A stretch of DNA of 64,000 nucleotides from a virus (IMGVR_UViG_3300009502_000036:14092-78091); one strand, 5' to 3'; positions 10,173 through 20,239 are shown, numbered from the stretch's first letter. Numbers and translations are program-made. The notes: generated by a model not told the origin, from the letters alone.

Positions 10173-10479
10173 AAACACACCAGCAATTGTGGTTCACAAA
10201 CCACACATAGATTCAAATTTGTCTATAGAAAGTATTGAATATTGGATAGATGCTAAAATAATAAGCATGTTCACAACAAGGGATATTCATTTTAAAGAAC
10301 AGGTTTTTTATTTACCATTTTATATACGCAATAAGATATGTTATAAAATAGACAGTTCCATCAATATTTCCTACGCATTTCGAAACAAGGGAAAGACTTT
10401 TTTTAAACGTGAAGATGAAAACGGAATTTGGTTTCTTGTTGTTCCTTCAGATTATCAGTTATTGATGAGAATTGAGTAA
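10156..10479 (+). CDS. paralog family A protein
   Basis: VYKNTPAIVV, FTTRDIHF, FFKREDENGIWFLVVPS. Confidence 0.65.
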   Translation: MPVVYKNTPAIVVHKPHIDSNLSIESIEYWIDAKIISMFTTRDIHFKEQVFYLPFYIRNKICYKIDSSINISYAFRNKGKTFFKREDENGIWFLVVPSDYQLLMRIE

Positions 10480-10559
10480 AAAGTTGTGAAAAATTTTTTA
10501 TTTAAGTAAAAATGGTTATATTATACTAGTTGAACAATTAAACAAAACTAGGAGATTAT

Positions 10560-11549
10560 ATGAGAGGACGTACTGCAAAAGCCGCAATTTTAGCAGCAGA
10601 AAAATACACAGAAGTTGGTGCTGCTAAAAGGGAAGTGAAGGTGCAAGCTCCAATTGTTCCAAAGAAAAGAATTAAAGGTCAGAAAGTAGTGATGGATGCA
10701 GAATATTTTGCACGTCTTGATCTAGAAGTTGAAGCACAACAGGAAGCTAGGAGAACTCGTACTGTAGTTGTTCCTAAGGAAGAAGATCCTAAAATAAAAT
10801 TATCAAAACAAATTACAAGTCTTCTTGGAGAACTCGACGAATTTGTAGACGAGGCTTTCGAAAAGAAAAATACTCCCAAATTCAATATCATCGCGTGGTT
10901 AAAAGAAAAAAACTTTGTAGACGATGAACACATTGAAGCTATTAAAAAGACGTATAGCAAACACCGCGCTGAACTTCAGGAAGCATATGATAAAGTATGC
11001 CCTCAGATGGTGGAAGGTTATTCCTTCCTCAATCCTACTCAAAAGAAAAAGATTTTAGATTTCTTTGATACTATTCTTAACGGATGCGATGATTTTCTTA
11101 ACTTGCGTAGAAGGAAGAAAAGTATTGATAGAAAACCTCATTTTGCAAAGCCGTTAAGTGTTCAGAAGCAGGTGAAAACTCTAAAATATATGAAGGAAGC
11201 ACCAGAATTTGGTGTTATTTCTATATCTCCGCAAGATATTGTTGGAGCAAAAACACTTTGGCTATTTAACACTGCATACAAACAACTTAGTTATTACCAA
11301 GCAACTGATTATACAGGATTTAAAGTGAAAGGTTGTTCTCTTCTTAATTGGGATACAAAATCATCGAAAAGAAAATCTCTTAGGAAACCATTAGAAACTC
11401 TTAAAGCTGTTATGGGTGCAAATGGTAAAGAAATTCAGGATATTATGGACAAACTGACTACTAAAAGTGCAAGTGTTAATGGACGAATTAATGATAAGGT
11501 AATTATCCTTAAGGTTGGAAAAGAACTTATAAAAGGTCAACAGGTTTAA
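10560..11549 (+). CDS. conserved hypothetical T4-like phage protein
   Basis: 329 aa; EGYS, IVGAKTLWLFNT, VKG.SL, LRKP, NGRIN motifs recalled from T4-like cyanophage hypotheticals; preceded by the promoter motif. Confidence 0.65.
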   Translation: MRGRTAKAAILAAEKYTEVGAAKREVKVQAPIVPKKRIKGQKVVMDAEYFARLDLEVEAQQEARRTRTVVVPKEEDPKIKLSKQITSLLGELDEFVDEAFEKKNTPKFNIIAWLKEKNFVDDEHIEAIKKTYSKHRAELQEAYDKVCPQMVEGYSFLNPTQKKKILDFFDTILNGCDDFLNLRRRKKSIDRKPHFAKPLSVQKQVKTLKYMKEAPEFGVISISPQDIVGAKTLWLFNTAYKQLSYYQATDYTGFKVKGCSLLNWDTKSSKRKSLRKPLETLKAVMGANGKEIQDIMDKLTTKSASVNGRINDKVIILKVGKELIKGQQV

Positions 11550-11678
11550 TGCAGAAAAGCTTCAGAGAGTGACCCAGATGAATTATTATCTGTTATTTGA
11601 TATAACATATAGCAATGATTTTTAACTCTCTCTTTGAACGTTTTATTTGCTGAATGTAACTATTAACATCACAAAAGA

Positions 11679-11969
11679 ATGAAAGATATATTAGGAAAAG
11701 ATTTAAATGTCGGTGATACCGTAATTATAATAGTACCAAATTATAGGGAATTAGCTAAAGGTATTATTATACGCTTCACAAAGCAGTATGTATTTGTACA
11801 ATATGAGACTCGACGGTATAAAGGTCAAATTTTAGAAATAAAACAAAGGCCTGATCAATTGGTAAAAATTATTGAATATGATGAAAACGTTGAATTGCTC
11901 TTAAAAAGATATGGAACTCCTATGGTAATGCTTACATCGGGAGATAACAAATTGACTACAAAAAATTAA
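11679..11969 (+). CDS. hypothetical protein (possible SH3/KOW-like fold)
   Basis: MKDILGKDLNVGDTV N-terminus common in small phage proteins. Confidence 0.5.
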   Translation: MKDILGKDLNVGDTVIIIVPNYRELAKGIIIRFTKQYVFVQYETRRYKGQILEIKQRPDQLVKIIEYDENVELLLKRYGTPMVMLTSGDNKLTTKN

Positions 11970-11988
11970 TCTTTAAATTAGTTATATT

Positions 11989-12300
11989 ATGAATGAAGCA
12001 AAATTTACACCTGGACCATGGAAATTTCGGCAGCATTCCGTCGATTCACAATATTTTGGCAATATAACAGGAACTTATGGAAAAACTCCCGAAGGATATA
12101 CTTCTATAAGAACAGTTGCGTTGAATTTGAATCATGGAACAGAAGAAGAGAACATGGCAAATGCTAAATTAATAGAAGCAGCTCCTGTTATGTATAATGC
12201 TTTAAAGGATATTAGAGATATTTTTGAATCGCATGGACAAGAAATGTTTAGTAATTCGGTTAGAGAAATAGATAAAGTTTTATTGCAAGCCCGAGGTTAA
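11989..12300 (+). CDS. hypothetical phage protein
   Basis: KFTPGPW...ANAKLIEAAPVMYNAL, a widespread phage motif. Confidence 0.65.
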   Translation: MNEAKFTPGPWKFRQHSVDSQYFGNITGTYGKTPEGYTSIRTVALNLNHGTEEENMANAKLIEAAPVMYNALKDIRDIFESHGQEMFSNSVREIDKVLLQARG

Positions 12301-12604
12301 AAATGATAATAACTACTAACGTCTTTGTTGCAGCGCATGGTCTAATGATCATTTGTTTTGTATTGTTTTTGTGTATTAGAAAATAAGTTTAAAACCAAAT
12401 AAACAATGGAAACGAAATTTACCAAAGGTCCTTGGTCAATAAATCCTGAAATTAGATACTCTATTATATTTGCTATGGTTGCGGGCTCTACAGGATCTAT
12501 AGGACTATTGCAATTTTTAATTTTATTATTTATTGTGAATGCGATTTCTATTATAAGTATTATAATAGGTATTAACACTGACAAAGAAATTTAATTTCTA
12601 TATT

Positions 12605-13174
12605 ATGAGTTATATTAAAATATCGACCGATAAAGTTTTAAATGCTTGTGATAAATATATAGCAGCTTGTGAAGAATCTGTTAAAATGTCACGTGAAATT
12701 TTAATAAAATGGCAAATGAAATGGAGCATTTTTAATTTATTTCCAGCAAATAACGAAACTATTGCGCAACAAAGAGCCGAGAAAAGAGAAAGTTGGTATT
12801 GGGTTCTAAATCATCAAAGTAAATCTTTACACATTATAGATAATGTAAAAATTCTTTGCAAATTATCTGAAAACGGTACTATAATGTTATCAAATGATGC
12901 TGTGGACATTTTAGAACATTTTCTAGATGGATCTGTGGATCTCTTTAAATGTTTTGATAAAGAATCGATAACAGTTGAAGAACTATATAATCGCGCGTAC
13001 GATGAAAAGATAGCAAAACAACGTGATAGAATTAATAAGCTTGAAGAAGCTTTGTTGTCTATAGCAGAAGGTATAGACAATTTTCCTAAAACAAATATAC
13101 TCCCAAGAACAACTCTTATTTATAAGCTTATTCAATGGGATTTTGAAAACGAAAAATGGAAAGATGACGAATGA
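12605..13174 (+). CDS. hypothetical protein
   Basis: 189-aa ORF. Confidence 0.55.
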   Translation: MSYIKISTDKVLNACDKYIAACEESVKMSREILIKWQMKWSIFNLFPANNETIAQQRAEKRESWYWVLNHQSKSLHIIDNVKILCKLSENGTIMLSNDAVDILEHFLDGSVDLFKCFDKESITVEELYNRAYDEKIAKQRDRINKLEEALLSIAEGIDNFPKTNILPRTTLIYKLIQWDFENEKWKDDE

Positions 13175-13551
13175 GAACCTCACTTGAATTTAAATTTGAA
13201 AAAGAATTAGCAAACAATCACTTTAATGTTGAAGTTGGTTCTTTATGGGATTACGATAGATCGTTATGTAATTCATCTTATACAAATAGATTAAAGGTGG
13301 AAAGATTAGAAAAAACAAAGAATACTACACTCGTCTATTTTAAACAAAAAATGCCTTATTTGGCATATGACATATCTTATTTTGATGGAAAAACATTTAA
13401 GCCTCATGTTAAATTAGGTAATGGTGGGTGGGAGTGTTTAGAATGCGGTGATGAAATACAAAGAGCTAGAGATTGGAGAGACGAGTATTGTAATAATTGT
13501 GGAGCAGAAATAGATTGGGAAAAAGTAATTCGCGAGCAAAAAGAAGATTGA
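13171..13551 (+). CDS. hypothetical protein with C-terminal zinc ribbon
   Basis: CLECG...YCNNCGAEIDW. Confidence 0.6.
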   Translation: MRTSLEFKFEKELANNHFNVEVGSLWDYDRSLCNSSYTNRLKVERLEKTKNTTLVYFKQKMPYLAYDISYFDGKTFKPHVKLGNGGWECLECGDEIQRARDWRDEYCNNCGAEIDWEKVIREQKED

Positions 13552-13579
13552 AAGCAAAAAATTTTAAAAATAAAAATAA

Positions 13580-14428
13580 GTGATTTTATTAGATAGTAGT
13601 CAGTTTTTCATAGGGGCATTAATGTCTCAGTCTGTAAATGGTAAAGTAGAAGAGAATATTGTTAGACATATTCTACTAAATTCAATTCGTGAGAAAAGAG
13701 TTAAATTTCATAAAGAATTTGGCGAGTTAGTTTTTTGTATAGACTCCAGACATTATTGGAGAAAAGACGTCTTTTCTCATTACAAATCACATAGAAAAGC
13801 TGGTAGAGACAAGTCAACATTTGATTGGGAAGCAGGGTTTAAAGTTATAGAAATATTAAAAGCAGAACTAAGAGAAACATTTCCTTATAAAATAATAGAA
13901 GTTCATGGTGCAGAAAGTGATGATATTATAGCAACGTTAGTAAAAAACAATTTGCAAGAAAAAAATCTTATTCTTTCTTCAGATAAAGATTTTATACAGC
14001 TGCAAAAATATCCAAACGTTTTTCAATACGATTCTGTTAGAAAAAAATGGTTAAAAGATAAAAATCCTGAATTGTTTTTACGTGAGCATATAATTCGTGG
14101 AGATGCTAGCGATGGAGTTCCAAATATGTTATCTGCAGATGATGCTCTATCTAATCCAGAAAAAAAGCAAAAATCAATATTTAAAAAGAACTTAGATGTT
14201 TGGTTAAAAGATAGCGAAGAAGATTTTTACAATTCTTTATCAAATAAAGAACAATCAAATTATTCTAGAAATAAGATGATGATTGATTTGGATAAGATAC
14301 CTTCAGAAATTACAGAAAAGATACTTCAGGCGTACGCAGAGGAACCTTTGGGAAATAGGAATAAGATCCTTAATTACATGATAAAAAATAGACTGAGAGA
14401 ATTAACAAAAATAATAACTGATTACTAA
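13580..14428 (+). CDS. rnh: T4-type RNase H / 5'-3' exonuclease
   Basis: ILLD, YWRK..YK..RK, ESDDIIA, SSDKDFIQL, GDASDGVPN. Confidence 0.93.
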   Translation: MILLDSSQFFIGALMSQSVNGKVEENIVRHILLNSIREKRVKFHKEFGELVFCIDSRHYWRKDVFSHYKSHRKAGRDKSTFDWEAGFKVIEILKAELRETFPYKIIEVHGAESDDIIATLVKNNLQEKNLILSSDKDFIQLQKYPNVFQYDSVRKKWLKDKNPELFLREHIIRGDASDGVPNMLSADDALSNPEKKQKSIFKKNLDVWLKDSEEDFYNSLSNKEQSNYSRNKMMIDLDKIPSEITEKILQAYAEEPLGNRNKILNYMIKNRLRELTKIITDY

Positions 14429-14568
14429 AATGAAATGGATTAAATCTATATTAGTCGCGGCATCAATGCAATTTTTTTTACATTTTGTAGGAATTTACTT
14501 TTTTTCTATAAACATTCCTCACGTGTTTATTGCTATAGTTATGGTATGTGGAATAATTTTTTCAAACA

Positions 14569-15045
14569 TTGATAGATACATTTTTAAAGATGAATAAAAT
14601 GAAAAGTTTATTGATATTTTTATCACTGTTTATTTTTAATATTGGAATTTGTTTTACTACAGATATTAAAAATAGCGCAGATGCAGGAGATTATGTATGC
14701 CAATTTATCGTTGGCAGAGCATATGAACAGGGTGATGGTGTAAGACAGAACTATGAGGAAGCTTTAAAGTGGTACGAGTTTTCTGCACATCAAGATTATG
14801 CTCCTGCTCAAAATAATCTTGGATCGCTATACGATAGAGGTTTGGGTACAGAAAAAAATTATCAGGAAGCTTTAAAATGGTATAGAAAAGCTGCTGATAA
14901 TGATCAACCAAATGCGCAATATAATTTAGGAAGACTATATGAATATGGTCTTGGTGTAGATATAAATTGGAGAAAAGCTGCTTATTGGTATCAAAGGGCA
15001 AACGATCAGGGTATTCCACTTCTACCACATCAAATTAGAGATTAG
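14569..15045 (+). CDS. secreted Sel1-like repeat protein
   Basis: three AQ.NLG.LY..G.G....A..WY..AA repeats after an N-terminal signal peptide (start probably ATG14599). Confidence 0.9.
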   Translation: MIDTFLKMNKMKSLLIFLSLFIFNIGICFTTDIKNSADAGDYVCQFIVGRAYEQGDGVRQNYEEALKWYEFSAHQDYAPAQNNLGSLYDRGLGTEKNYQEALKWYRKAADNDQPNAQYNLGRLYEYGLGVDINWRKAAYWYQRANDQGIPLLPHQIRD

Positions 15046-15172
15046 TAAAACCATTTATCTTTTAGAGTAATATTCTAATAATTTTATTAGTCTTGACCAC
15101 CCTCTCCTCTCCCTAAAAACAAATCCATCCTCAAAAAAAATTTCCATTTCTAATAAAAGTTACTATATTTTA

Positions 15173-15180
15173 TATAAATA
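15173..15180 (+). promoter_or_regulatory. T4-type late promoter TATAAATA (also 18573, 25530, 25965, 34031, 46545, 53592 on +; 34049-34056 on -)
   Basis: exact gp55 consensus in intergenic gaps ahead of lysis and structural genes; gp33 co-activator is encoded in the window. Confidence 0.75.
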
Positions 15181-15209
15181 GATTTAATTATATAAAGTAA
15201 TAACTTACA

Positions 15210-15734
15210 ATGGCATTAGATAATATTCTAGATAGTTTTGATGCAGGGACTGATTTTGGTTGGTCATTCGCATCTGATGCAGAAGTTAATGCAAAAACTT
15301 CAGAGTTGCAAAATAAACTACAAGAAACGAAAGAATCTTCAGACGATATCAAGACTCTTCAATTAGAGATAAATAAGATAGTAGAGCATCAGCAATCTAT
15401 CGATTCTATTCTTGAATCTAATACTAAGAGAATAGAGAAAAAATTAGATCAAATCCTTACTTTTACCACTGAAAAACTTCATGCTATGATAACGGAGCAG
15501 GGATCTTCGATGGCAGAGTTATCTAGTTTGATATGTTCTTCTGGAAATGATGCATTAGAAGAAAAGTATGATGCGGCGCTTAAAGAAAAAATGAGAAAAA
15601 TAGAACAGTTAATACTTCCATTTTTAAAGGGTCTTACAAAGGATCCTGATAAAGAATATATCCGCTGGGCAAATAGACTACCTTTCCTAGAAGCAAAAGC
15701 AAAAGAATTAATAGCAATAACAAGAGATAAATAA
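15210..15734 (+). CDS. conserved T4-like late coiled-coil protein
   Basis: DFGWSF N-terminus and LILPFLKGL.KDPDKEYIRW.NR C-terminus; preceded by a late promoter. Confidence 0.6.
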   Translation: MALDNILDSFDAGTDFGWSFASDAEVNAKTSELQNKLQETKESSDDIKTLQLEINKIVEHQQSIDSILESNTKRIEKKLDQILTFTTEKLHAMITEQGSSMAELSSLICSSGNDALEEKYDAALKEKMRKIEQLILPFLKGLTKDPDKEYIRWANRLPFLEAKAKELIAITRDK

Positions 15735-15826
15735 ATTGTAAACCGCTTTATCTAGATTCTCTATACTCATAGAGAAAAATCTACAGTGTCGTATAATTCA
15801 TCAAAAAATATAATTTTAAATAAATC

Positions 15827-16006
15827 ATGCCATTATACTACTACAATTGTCAAGATTGTGATTATCACTTTGAAAAAATATTACCAATAATAGAAAGAGA
15901 TGAACCGCTTCATGTTCCATGTCCTAACTGTGAATCAAATCGCATCGTACGTGAAATAGGGGCAACTCCTAATTTTTGGAAATGTGAACTTCCAACAAAA
16001 TCTTAA
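15827..16006 (+). CDS. FmdB-family zinc-ribbon protein (59 aa, not in ORF track)
   Basis: MPLYYYNCQDC...CPNCES translated by hand. Confidence 0.8.
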   Translation: MPLYYYNCQDCDYHFEKILPIIERDEPLHVPCPNCESNRIVREIGATPNFWKCELPTKS

Positions 16007-16015
16007 TAAAATTCC

Positions 16016-16276
16016 ATGCCAACATATCAATACAAATGTACTAAATGTGATTATGATGAAGAGATAAATGTGTTAATTGATGACAGAGATAAAATTACGT
16101 TAGAACCTTGTCCTAATTGTGGAGAAATTTCTGTAGAAAGAATCTTCGGTTCACCTATTATCAATCTAGGTTTTCGTGGTTCTACTATTCAAAGCAAAAC
16201 CTCTGATGCTTGGAAAGATAAACTTAGAGAAATTAAGAAAAAGGCGGGACCTAAAGCAACCGGAATAGAAGTATGA
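16016..16276 (+). CDS. FmdB-family zinc-ribbon protein
   Basis: MPTYQYKCTKC...CPNCG. Confidence 0.85.
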   Translation: MPTYQYKCTKCDYDEEINVLIDDRDKITLEPCPNCGEISVERIFGSPIINLGFRGSTIQSKTSDAWKDKLREIKKKAGPKATGIEV

Positions 16277-16327
16277 AAAGAGAAATTCGTTTTATTTAGA
16301 GAATACAAACATTATAAACCAAATTAC

Positions 16328-18541
16328 ATGAGTAAAGGAAAAAAATTTCTAAGCGACTTAAAATTTGTAACAGACTATAGCAAATGGAGACCCGAATTTA
16401 ACAGATACGAATCATGGGAAGAATCTTGTGAAGCAGTTGTTAATACCCATAGAGTAAAATATGCAAGCAAATTAGATATTCTAAAAGAATACATTAACGA
16501 AGCAGAACAATCTTATAAAGATAAATTAGTATTTGCATCACAGAGAAATTTGCAGTTTAGAGGAGAACAGATTTTTAAGCATAATACTAGACTTTATAAT
16601 TGTGCTGCTGTGTACATGGATAAAACACAAGTATTTTCACAAGTTAGTTATCTTAGTTTATCAGGATGTGGAGTTGGGATTTCTATGCTAAGAAAATGGG
16701 TAGATAAACTTCCAACATTAACCCCAAGAAAAAAAGAAAAAATAAAAAATTTTATAATTCCAGATAGTATAGAGGGTTGGTCAGATGCTTTTGGTATTTT
16801 GGTTAGTTCTTTTTGCTCTAAAAACTCCCACTTTAAAGAGTACGAAGGTTCTATTGTAAGATTTGATTATTCTCAAATAAGACCTAAAGGAGCTATGATA
16901 GCTGGTGGGTTTAAGGCACCAGGACCGGCACCACTTAAACAAGCAATAGAAAGAATAGAATCATTATTAGAAAATGAAATTAAATATGGCGAAACTAAAT
17001 TCCGTTCTATAATATGTTATGATACCTTAATGCATATTGCAGATGCTATTCTTTCTGCTGGTGTTAGACGTTCTGCCTTAAGTATTATTATAGATCCTCA
17101 GGATCTAGAGTTATTAAATGCAAAAACAGGAAACTGGAGAGATACTAATAAACAAAGAGAAAGATCTAACAATTCTGTTGGATTAATTAGAGGTTCTTTT
17201 TCTGAAGAATATTTTACATCTTTAGTAAAGAAAAATAATGGAATGTCTGATATTGGATTTATATTCTTAAATAACGAATATGAAGTTATGAATCCTTGTG
17301 CAGAAATATCATTCACACCTATTTTAGATTTAAAAAGAGAAATTACAGGAGTATCACTTTGTAATTTAAGTGAAATAAATGGAAAAGCATGTAAAACTAA
17401 AGAAAAATTCTTAAAGGCATGCAAATCTGCAGCAATTTTTGGTACTTTACAAGCAGGATATACAGATTTTTCTTATCTTGGATCTATTACAGAAGAGATC
17501 GTAAGAAAAGAAGCATTGATTGGAGTTTCTATTACGGGATGGATGAACACTCCTGACATATTTAATGAAGAGTGGTTGCAGGACGGCATTAATCTTATAG
17601 AGTTGACGAATAGACAATTAGCAGAAATTCTTGAAATTAATCCGGCTGCTCGATTAACGACAGTGAAACCTTCAGGAAATATTTCTGTTTTAATTGGTTG
17701 TTCATCAGGAATTCACCCTGAACATTCTAAGAGATATTTTAGAATAATGCAACTTAATAAAGAGTCTGACACTGCTAAATGGTTAATAGAAAATAATCCT
17801 GATATTATAGAAGAATCTGTTTGGAGTGCAAACAACACCGATTATGTGGTATATTCTCCTGTTGAAAATGAACTTGGCACGATATATAAAGATGTAATGC
17901 GTAATTTAATGCATTTAGAAAAGATTAAATTTGTTCAAGAAAATTGGGTTATGAAAGGACAAATATCAGAAAGATGTATAATGCCGAAAACTCAGAATAA
18001 CGTTTCTTGCACTGTTATTATAGATGATTATGACGAAGTTGCAAAATATGTATTTGATAATCAAAATGTATTTACTGCAGTTAGTTTCCTTTCGGAGTTT
18101 GGTGACAAAGATTATCCACAAGCTCCATTTACATCAGTTCTAAATTCAGAAGAACTTTTAGAAAAATATGGAGACGCTGTCATTTTTGCATCTGGACTTA
18201 TTGTTGATGGATTACATTACTTTGATCAGAATCTATGGGAAGCCTGTTTACATGTTACTTCTAAAGAAAAGAAAGTAGATGGAACACGAACCGAAGTTCT
18301 TCTTAAAAAGGATTGGATAAGGAGGGCAAAACAGTTCTCTAAAAACTATTTTAAAAATGATGTAGAAAAGATGATTTATTGTCTAAAGGACGTGCATTTG
18401 TGGTACAAATGGAATAAAATAGCAAAATCTTTCAAAGAAGTAGATTTTGAGAAAATACTCACAGCACCCACGTTTAATGACGTAAGTGATTATGGTGCAG
18501 TTAGTTGTTCGGGCGGTGCCTGTGAAATAACTAGAATTTGA
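16328..18541 (+). CDS. ribonucleotide reductase catalytic subunit (RTPR/NrdJ-like or T5-type NrdA clade; class uncertain)
   Basis: LYNC, GCGVG, GVRRSA, NPCAEI, CNLSEIN, TVKPSG, C-terminal CSGGACEI; no nrdB adjacent. Confidence 0.88.
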   Translation: MSKGKKFLSDLKFVTDYSKWRPEFNRYESWEESCEAVVNTHRVKYASKLDILKEYINEAEQSYKDKLVFASQRNLQFRGEQIFKHNTRLYNCAAVYMDKTQVFSQVSYLSLSGCGVGISMLRKWVDKLPTLTPRKKEKIKNFIIPDSIEGWSDAFGILVSSFCSKNSHFKEYEGSIVRFDYSQIRPKGAMIAGGFKAPGPAPLKQAIERIESLLENEIKYGETKFRSIICYDTLMHIADAILSAGVRRSALSIIIDPQDLELLNAKTGNWRDTNKQRERSNNSVGLIRGSFSEEYFTSLVKKNNGMSDIGFIFLNNEYEVMNPCAEISFTPILDLKREITGVSLCNLSEINGKACKTKEKFLKACKSAAIFGTLQAGYTDFSYLGSITEEIVRKEALIGVSITGWMNTPDIFNEEWLQDGINLIELTNRQLAEILEINPAARLTTVKPSGNISVLIGCSSGIHPEHSKRYFRIMQLNKESDTAKWLIENNPDIIEESVWSANNTDYVVYSPVENELGTIYKDVMRNLMHLEKIKFVQENWVMKGQISERCIMPKTQNNVSCTVIIDDYDEVAKYVFDNQNVFTAVSFLSEFGDKDYPQAPFTSVLNSEELLEKYGDAVIFASGLIVDGLHYFDQNLWEACLHVTSKEKKVDGTRTEVLLKKDWIRRAKQFSKNYFKNDVEKMIYCLKDVHLWYKWNKIAKSFKEVDFEKILTAPTFNDVSDYGAVSCSGGACEITRI

Positions 18542-18694
18542 TTATTTTTCTTTTGACGTAAAAGTGTTATATTATAAATATAAAGCTACTAAAGATGCTA
18601 GTAGCTTTATATTATTATTTTTGCATCTTAAAAATATGGGACATTCGAGGCAGATCTCGACGTACATATAGTTTTTTTCACTAATTTCGGAAAA

Positions 18695-19297
18695 ATGAAT
18701 GTATCACATATTCGAAAAAAATGGAGTACATATCTCCTAGGCGCATTGACCCTAATAACCTTTATATGGTTTGCGAAAGTAGATTCAGAAGGTAGGGCAG
18801 AAACGCTATTGAAACAGCCTATTAAAACAATAAACCAAGAACAGCTAGGACCTGTTCAATTAAATGCATTACCGGATTCCATAAAGATTAAGGAACCAGA
18901 AAAGAAAAAGCCAGTTAATAAATCAGAATTAAATTGGTTAGCAAAAAATATTTATCATGAAGCGCGTGGACAGTCTATAAAAGGACAGTATGCAGTTGCA
19001 ATAGTAACACTCAATAGAGTCAAATCTGGAAAATTTCCTGAGTCTATAGAGAAAGTTGTAACTCAACCAGGTCAATTTTCATGGTACCATCATAAAACAA
19101 TTAATAAAATTACAGAGAGCGATTCTTTTGAAATAGCAAAAGAAATAGCAAGAAATGTCCTTGAAGAGAATGGTACTCTTTACAAGGAATCTAATAGTGA
19201 ATTAAAAGGAGCACTTTATTTCTGTGAAAAACGTATAAAAACTCCTAAAAATAGAAAGGTTACTGCTAGAATAGGGAGTCATATTTTCTATATATGA
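18695..19297 (+). CDS. SleB/Hydrolase_2 cell-wall hydrolase with N-terminal anchor
   Basis: NIYHEARGQ, VTLNRV...FP, QFSW, IGSHIFY. Confidence 0.9.
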   Translation: MNVSHIRKKWSTYLLGALTLITFIWFAKVDSEGRAETLLKQPIKTINQEQLGPVQLNALPDSIKIKEPEKKKPVNKSELNWLAKNIYHEARGQSIKGQYAVAIVTLNRVKSGKFPESIEKVVTQPGQFSWYHHKTINKITESDSFEIAKEIARNVLEENGTLYKESNSELKGALYFCEKRIKTPKNRKVTARIGSHIFYI

Positions 19298-19320
19298 CAT
19301 AATATTAACAACAAAATTAA

Positions 19321-19545
19321 ATGTTAAAACTAGTTACGCGTGACGAATTTGTTGATGAAATAAATAAAATAATTTTTAACGATGGTTGTTCTGTTATTGA
19401 AGCAATTTGTGAGTATGCAGAATCTAATGATATAGAATATTCCAAATTGGTTCCTTTTATCAATGCAACATTTAAAAATTCAATTATTTTTGAGGCCGAA
19501 CAGAGAAATATGATGAAAAAGCAAAATGGACAATTACCAATCTGA
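19321..19545 (+). CDS. gp33: late-promoter co-activator gp33
   Basis: IEAICEYAESNDIE...EAEQRNMMK; syntenic gp33-gp59-gp32. Confidence 0.8.
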   Translation: MLKLVTRDEFVDEINKIIFNDGCSVIEAICEYAESNDIEYSKLVPFINATFKNSIIFEAEQRNMMKKQNGQLPI

Positions 19546-20215
19546 ACACTCTGAAAAGGGATTGTTCGTTTATGAGATGTATTCTGCTATAAAATTGCAT
19601 TTCACTTCTAATTATGACTTCTTCAAGTACCACGGAAAAACAAAGTCTTCGGTAAAAAATCGAGAAGATATGAATATGTTTATTCAATCAAAAAACTTTA
19701 AATTATCCGTGGGACTTGCAAAGAAGATTAAAACTGAGGATGCGATTATAGAATTTCTTATAGCAAATATATTAAAAAATAATAAAATATGGTTAAACGA
19801 TTTATTAAGTGATGAAGCAGAAGATGAATGGATTAAATGGAAACGAACTCAAAATTCTCTTACATATAATTTTATTACAGATGTGAAGTGGATTTTAAGT
19901 AACAATTTGAAGTTTAATTCCTATCTAGATGCTACTAAAGGAGTACCTCCAATTTTAGAATTTCTTTTGCATGATAAAATCAAGATAGAAACAGTTGTTA
20001 TTATTGATTGGTTAACCGGATTTCTTAAACAGAAAGTTCTTAAAGACAAAAATTTTACTATATTTTCTAATATTATAATAAATATAGAAAAGTATAAACC
20101 TTTATTTTTACATTATCATAATTTTTATGATAGAGATAAATTGAAGTTTAAAAAAATTCTTCTAGAGAAGATAAACATTCAAAAAGAGCAAACAGAAAAT
20201 ATTTTGCCCTTTTAA
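19526..20215 (+). CDS. gp59: helicase loader gp59
   Basis: Y.AIKLHFTSNYDFFKYHGK; position between gp33 and gp32. Confidence 0.85.
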   Translation: MDNYQSEHSEKGLFVYEMYSAIKLHFTSNYDFFKYHGKTKSSVKNREDMNMFIQSKNFKLSVGLAKKIKTEDAIIEFLIANILKNNKIWLNDLLSDEAEDEWIKWKRTQNSLTYNFITDVKWILSNNLKFNSYLDATKGVPPILEFLLHDKIKIETVVIIDWLTGFLKQKVLKDKNFTIFSNIIINIEKYKPLFLHYHNFYDRDKLKFKKILLEKINIQKEQTENILPF

Positions 20216-20239
20216 ACGAAATTTATATAATGAGAATAT

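Noticed and set aside
18581-18670. Possible tRNA or ncRNA in the gap before the SleB gene
   Set aside because: Only a simple hairpin (taaagctact/agtagcttta) is visible, with no cloverleaf or T-loop consensus. No tRNA was recognised anywhere in the window by eye.
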